DNA of 32,000 nucleotides from Mycoplasma mycoides subsp. capri (GTDB lineage Bacteria; Bacillota_I; Bacilli_A; Mycoplasmatales; Mycoplasmataceae): NCBI RefSeq assembly GCF_018389705.1, contig NZ_CP065581.1, positions 210,001 to 242,000 of the forward strand, read 5' to 3'. Shown piece by piece: positions 29,115 to 32,000 of this stretch (position 1 is its first letter; each line of letters starts with the position of its first letter). The notes under the pieces were generated by a model. It saw only the letters and a program-made list of their open reading frames with translations, ran no database searches and was not told where the DNA came from. The position numbers and the translations under genes were made by a program.

Positions 29115-31463
29115 ATGATAAATAAAAAAAATAAAAAATCAATTTTTGCTGTACTTTGTAGTTTACCAATACTTTCAACTTCTATAGTTATTGGGTGTAA
29201 AACAACTCAAAATCAACAAGGTATTTATAAAATACTAAATTTTGAAAAAGAAAATCAAATAAACATATTATCTGAAATTAATCAATATTTTGAAAAACAC
29301 GACTTTAATGAACAACTAGTACAATTTGTTAATAAAGATTCACATAATTATATAACTTTAGATAGTTTAATGAAAAATAACTATGCAGCTAAATATGTTA
29401 AATTTGATAAAGATAAATTCAAACAAATTATTAAAAAAGAGTTTAATCTTTCTGATGCTTATTTAAATAAGTTAGAAATAGAAGTTGATTACACTAATAT
29501 TGATAGAGATTATTCAAATAATTTTGATATTGTTTTTCCTATTAGAATAAAAAGACAATTAGAAAATCATAAAAAAGCTAGTTATCAACCTGGATTATTT
29601 ACTGAACAAATAATTAAGTTTAGATTAAAAAATGTAAAAAGTTCACCTAGTGAAGCGTTTTTTGCTGAAGAGTTAAAAGATATTTTTAATAAATTAAAAG
29701 AACTTAAATATGATAACTTTACAGCTAAAATTAAAACTAATATTTCTGATGAGCTTAAAAAACAAATAGATCAATGAAATATTAATGAATTAGACTCAAC
29801 TCAACTTTCAAATATTTTTGAAATAAATACTTCTGAATTTAATCAATTAAAAACAAATAATCCTAATTTTGTTTTTAAATCAACAATTTTTGGTGTTGAT
29901 TTTAGTGATAAAAATTTAGCTTTAAATGAAGGTTATTTAAAAGTTAGATTTGCAGTTAAAGAAGGTTTTGATTCATCTAAAAAAGCTAAAAAACTAATTG
30001 AAATTAATAAAGAAATTAATGAATTAGTTACAAGAAAAAAGAAATTAGAAAAAGATAATAAAAATGATTCAAATAAAACAGAAATTGATAAACTAACTGA
30101 ACAAATTAAACAAAAAACAATAGAACTAAAAACAATTCAAAAAAAAGCTTTACCAGCTGAAGCAGGAATAACTAAATTAATAAAATTTAAATTTGATTGA
30201 AATGATCAATTTTGAAAAAACATTAAATTAAATGAAGTTATTAAAATTGATACTATTAAATATGGAATTTCTAATACTGATTTTTCATCATTAACTAAAG
30301 ATAATTTAATAGTTAAAATTCTTAATAAAGATGTTAAAAATGTTGATATTAAAAAAATAGAAAAAACTAATGATTTTAGAAACGCTAAATTAGTTTTAGA
30401 TGTTTTATTAAAAGATAATAAAAAATTAGAATTAAACAAAAAAATAGGTGTTGGAAAATATAGTTTATTATATGAAAATGACTTTATCAAAAACAATATT
30501 CAAGCTCCTTATTTTACAACTGAAAGATTAACTCAAGAAAATTTACAATCTGTAAATAAAGACTTTTTTAGACAATTTAATTCAGAATTATTTTCTGGTG
30601 GGTATGCTTCATCAAGAGGATTTTATGCTCCAAAAATTACTACACCAATATTTATGCATATTGGAGAAGATTATGTAGCTAATGATTTTCAAGCTGTATT
30701 AATGCCATATGATGGAGAGATTATAGCTGCATATGAATTAACTACTAAAATACCATTTACTGGAGTTGGAACAGTTGTTGTTGTTAAAATAAAAGTTTCT
30801 GATTTAGATTGAACTCCTAAAGAAAAAGAAATCTATTTAAATGATAATAAAGATCATATTTATATGTCATTTTTACATTTAGATGCCTCAAGAACTTTAA
30901 ATAATCAAAAATTAGGATGAAGCGCAGAAAAAGTTGTTTTAAATAACAATAGAACAATTCAAGTTGTTAAAAGTTTAACACCAGAAAAACCTCAAAAAGT
31001 AGCAAAAAATACTATTATTGGTTATTTAGGTAATAATGCATCTAATGGTGGATGAATGAGTCATGCTCATGTTAATTTATATACAAATAGACCTAGTTAT
31101 TTATCTGAAAATTACTTTTCAACTAAAGCTAATCAAGGATTGTCTGAAGATAGAATCAAACAATATCATCAAATAGTTAATGGTAAAGAAACTTGAAGAC
31201 AATTTGGAAATATTGGTTTACATCAATCACCAGAAAAATCACCATTTAATATATATGAAGTTGATCCAATTACTGGAGTAGAAAAACTAGATGAAAATAA
31301 AGAGAAAATCATAATAAAAAATGAACAAGCTTTATTTTTACCAAACTTAAGTATGAGTTTATTTGAAAAAAGATTAGGTTATGCTAATCCAAATTTAGTG
31401 TATAGATTAAGAGATAATAAAACAGTTTCATTTAGTGTAAAAGAAGTTAATAAATTAGCATAA
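29115..31463 (+). CDS. Lipoprotein with a C-terminal M23 (LytM-type) metallopeptidase domain, 782 aa
   Basis: Signal peptide has lipobox VIGC (MINKKNKKSIFAVLCSLPILSTSIVIGC). Traced through TGA=Trp to TAA at 31461-31463. The central part is K/E-rich and coiled-coil-like. The C-terminal part carries MHIGEDY (HxxxD), YMSFLHLD and IIGYLGNNASNGGWMSHAHVNLY (HxH). Confidence 0.8.
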
Positions 31464-31471
31464 AACTAAAG

Positions 31472-31494
31472 CAGATCTTATGATCTGTTTTTTT
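31472..31494 (+). terminator. Rho-independent terminator
   Basis: CAGATC (31472-31477) / GATCTG (31482-31487) followed by TTTTTTT. Confidence 0.7.
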
Positions 31495-31719
31495 GTTTTA
31501 TATCAAAATAAATAGTTATAACTATAACTTATTTAAAACTTTTAATACTAATATTTAAAAAAATATTAAAAAAGGTCATTCTCAAATATTCATATTTTCA
31601 AGTATTAAAATTTAGTTAGTAATTAATTTACTAACTTTATTCCTATAATAATAAATTTTTTATTAACATACTTATTTATAAAAAAACTGAAAAAATAATT
31701 ACAGTTATCAAGGAGATTT

Positions 31720-32000
31720 ATGTTTAAGAGCAAGAAATTGATAATTCCTTTACTAACTACACTAGCTGTTGTTCCTTCACTTGTTGTAGTTTCTTGTAAA
31801 AATCCTCAATCTACTCAATCTTTAAGTGAAAAAATTTATTTAAACTATAATTTACAAACTGAAAAAGACAAACAAGAATTTGAAAACTATAACCAAATTA
31901 ATATGTTAAGTGAAATTAATCAATATTTTACTAAACATGATCATAACAATGATTTAGTTAAATTCACAACTAATGGTGCTTCTGGAGATACTGTTGAATT
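31720..32000 (+). CDS. Lipoprotein, N-terminal part (paralog of 29115-31463; continues beyond window)
   Basis: AAGGAG RBS and ATG at 31720. Signal peptide has lipobox VVSC (MFKSKKLIIPLLTTLAVVPSLVVVSC). It shares the block LSEINQYF-x-KHD-x-N with the upstream lipoprotein. Confidence 0.75.
   Translation, partial: MFKSKKLIIPLLTTLAVVPSLVVVSCKNPQSTQSLSEKIYLNYNLQTEKDKQEFENYNQINMLSEINQYFTKHDHNNDLVKFTTNGASGDTVE

Noticed and set aside
29124-29131. A8 homopolymer in codons 4-6 of the M23 lipoprotein gene as a frameshift switch
   Set aside because: It encodes the usual Lys-rich n-region (KKNKK). An 8-nt A-run is unremarkable at this base composition, and no alternative frame or paralog length difference supports switching.
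30206-30496. 96-aa minus-strand ORF
   Set aside because: It is antisense to the M23 lipoprotein gene.

Overview
Very AT-rich Mollicutes chromosome segment, probably from a member or close relative of the Mycoplasma mycoides/capricolum cluster. It must be read with genetic code 4 (UGA=Trp). Almost every conserved enzyme in the supplied standard-code ORF track is split only at in-frame TGA and rejoins into one full-length protein. Content from left to right: (1) nucleoside salvage genes (deoA/pdp, a PGM/PMM-family mutase, deoC); (2) an AbiEi/AbiEii type IV toxin-antitoxin cassette wedged between two housekeeping operons; (3) a minus-strand sugar-phosphate/glycolysis operon (nagB, tpiA, HAD phosphatase, gpmI); (4) the classic nine-tRNA cluster Arg-Pro-Ala-Met-Ile(CAU)-Ser-fMet-Asp-Phe; (5) an alpha/beta hydrolase; (6) four tandem, mosaic DUF285/BspA-like (PARCEL-type) surface protein genes, two of which carry poly(A) tracts of different length (20 vs 15 A) in the -35/-10 promoter spacer; (7) a C-S lyase plus RidA pair and a Cof-type HAD; (8) a TPP-riboswitch-controlled p37/p29/p69-type ABC importer; (9) a compact three-gene operon encoding a TRD-less C5-methyltransferase-like protein with a degenerate SAM pocket, an unknown 188-aa protein and a DUF262/DUF1524 GmrSD-family nuclease; (10) a polytopic membrane protein followed by M23-peptidase-domain lipoprotein paralogs. 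The three-gene operon at 24.8-28.1 kb is my best candidate for an undescribed defence or modification-sensing system. All coordinates come from manual frame tracing. No database searches were run.
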